From positions 8,804,001 to 8,868,000 of the forward strand of contig NW_027266343.1 in NCBI RefSeq assembly GCF_022045235.1: a stretch of 64,000 nt of DNA. The letters run 5' to 3'. How positions within the stretch are numbered: position 1 is the first letter of the stretch; each line of letters begins with the position of its first letter. This DNA comes from Haliotis cracherodii. Its lineage: Eukaryota. The notes under the pieces are model-generated. The model made no database searches. It was not told the origin of the DNA and saw only the letters and a list, made by a program, of their open reading frames with translations. Of the stretch, positions 62,808 through 64,000 are shown piece after piece. The translations under genes and the position numbers were made by a program.

Positions 62808-64000
62808 ATGAACAGAAACAGTGTCTTAGTTCGGGTATTCAAAATCAGGGCTATCCATTCTGGTTCAGCCAGTTTTGCATTGATAGTGTTGGTGTCAGAT
62901 ACTGTCAGTATTGCTTCAAGCAGTTGTGTCTTTAAAGTTGACATGTTTTGCATTCTCAACAAAGATGTTTGGGATGTAATCGCTTATATGTATAACTGTT
63001 AATAAATATCCTTACAGTATATTAATGTGTTGTATGTTCAATGATTTCCAATCCATACATGACCAGTACACTACACGGTAACACACGTCCATCATGATGA
63101 TTTCACTCGGAGATATAGATATATATCGGACTTAACAACTGACTTGCCTTTGCATGTGTTTGTGACGGGTGCCACCAGTGGGGCAGGAAACGCTCACCTT
63201 TTCGCGGACACCTGGTATCATTACTATTTGATAGTGATTCATAAACAAATTCTCATGATATAGTTGGCATCGTACTGTCGACTCTGCTTTATGCAGAGAT
63301 TTCTATTGGGTATGGAAAGAGTTTTGTCACTTCATTTTTTCAATTTGGTGAAACCCACGAGCACGGAGGTGGTGCAGACAATTCAGAAACAAAATTGGAG
63401 TAAGAGATCATGATTGAATATATAACATAATGTAATTATATTAAAGAACTTGCTTAACTTTCATTTTAATCCCTGTGTTTATATTTATTCCTCTTGCATG
63501 TAATTTGATTCTTGTTCGCAAACTCTTTCTGTAAGACTTGTACGTTTGATTAGTTCATTCATTCACGCTTTCATAAGTTTGATAAACGGAAACAAGAAAG
63601 CATGCCTTGTGATGTTGGTTTAGTCGTTGAATAAAAACTGCTTAGATGTATCATAAAGTACATAAACGTGTCATACAATAGGAAATGCTAGGTGTATTAA
63701 ATCGTCTGCTGACTGATCTACTGAGAAAATGGCCGTATAAAGGGAATCAGTCAATGTAATCAAAATGAAAATACACGAATGCTGAATGCACTTTTTGCAG
63801 TGTTATATGAAATATAGGTGTAGTTGTGGGGGAGATGAATGGTTTGGGACAGCAAAATAAACTGACACTATAGAGCACATATATGTTGCGTCAAACTGCA
63901 AAATGGGCTTAAAAGTTGTAGCCGTTGAATGATCTACATTGAAAGAAACCCGTCTTGCTATACAGATTAAAATACACGATAATCATCAACCATCTTTATC

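Larger units (their letters stand above)
28080..64000 (+). repeat. Tandem array of ~6.3-6.8 kb units, one B gene per unit, continuing past the window end
   Basis: ATG spacings are 6318, 6372, 6529, 6830 and 6807 bp; spacer sequence and spurious ORFs recur in every unit. Confidence 0.95.

Overview
AT-rich animal (eukaryotic) genomic DNA. The SINE types suggest a mollusc, possibly a gastropod, but that is inference. The window holds a cluster of 10 small secreted low-complexity protein genes. One is a Gly/His-rich gene (CDS 1114-1521, minus). The other nine are paralogues with three exons each (TATA box, non-coding exon 1, two coding exons). They encode a signal peptide, Gly/Pro/hydrophobic heptad repeats (G-I-P-x-[FILY]-G-L) and a spliced-on Ala/Thr/Pro-rich tail ending mostly in YDP[AT][FY]M-x-[IL] (135-155 aa). 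The ORF track misses this tail or reads it as a separate ORF. Subfamily A has two tandem minus-strand copies and one inverted plus-strand copy. Subfamily B has six plus-strand copies in a ~6.3-6.8 kb tandem array that runs off the right edge. The spacers contain SINEs, Tc1/pogo-type MITEs, decayed LINE and Penelope-like RT fragments, Penelope 3' ends with minimal hammerhead ribozyme motifs, a ~1 kb hairpin-ended insertion and an orphan family promoter. There is one assembly gap (3971-4410). No database search was run, so family comparisons come from motif recognition only.
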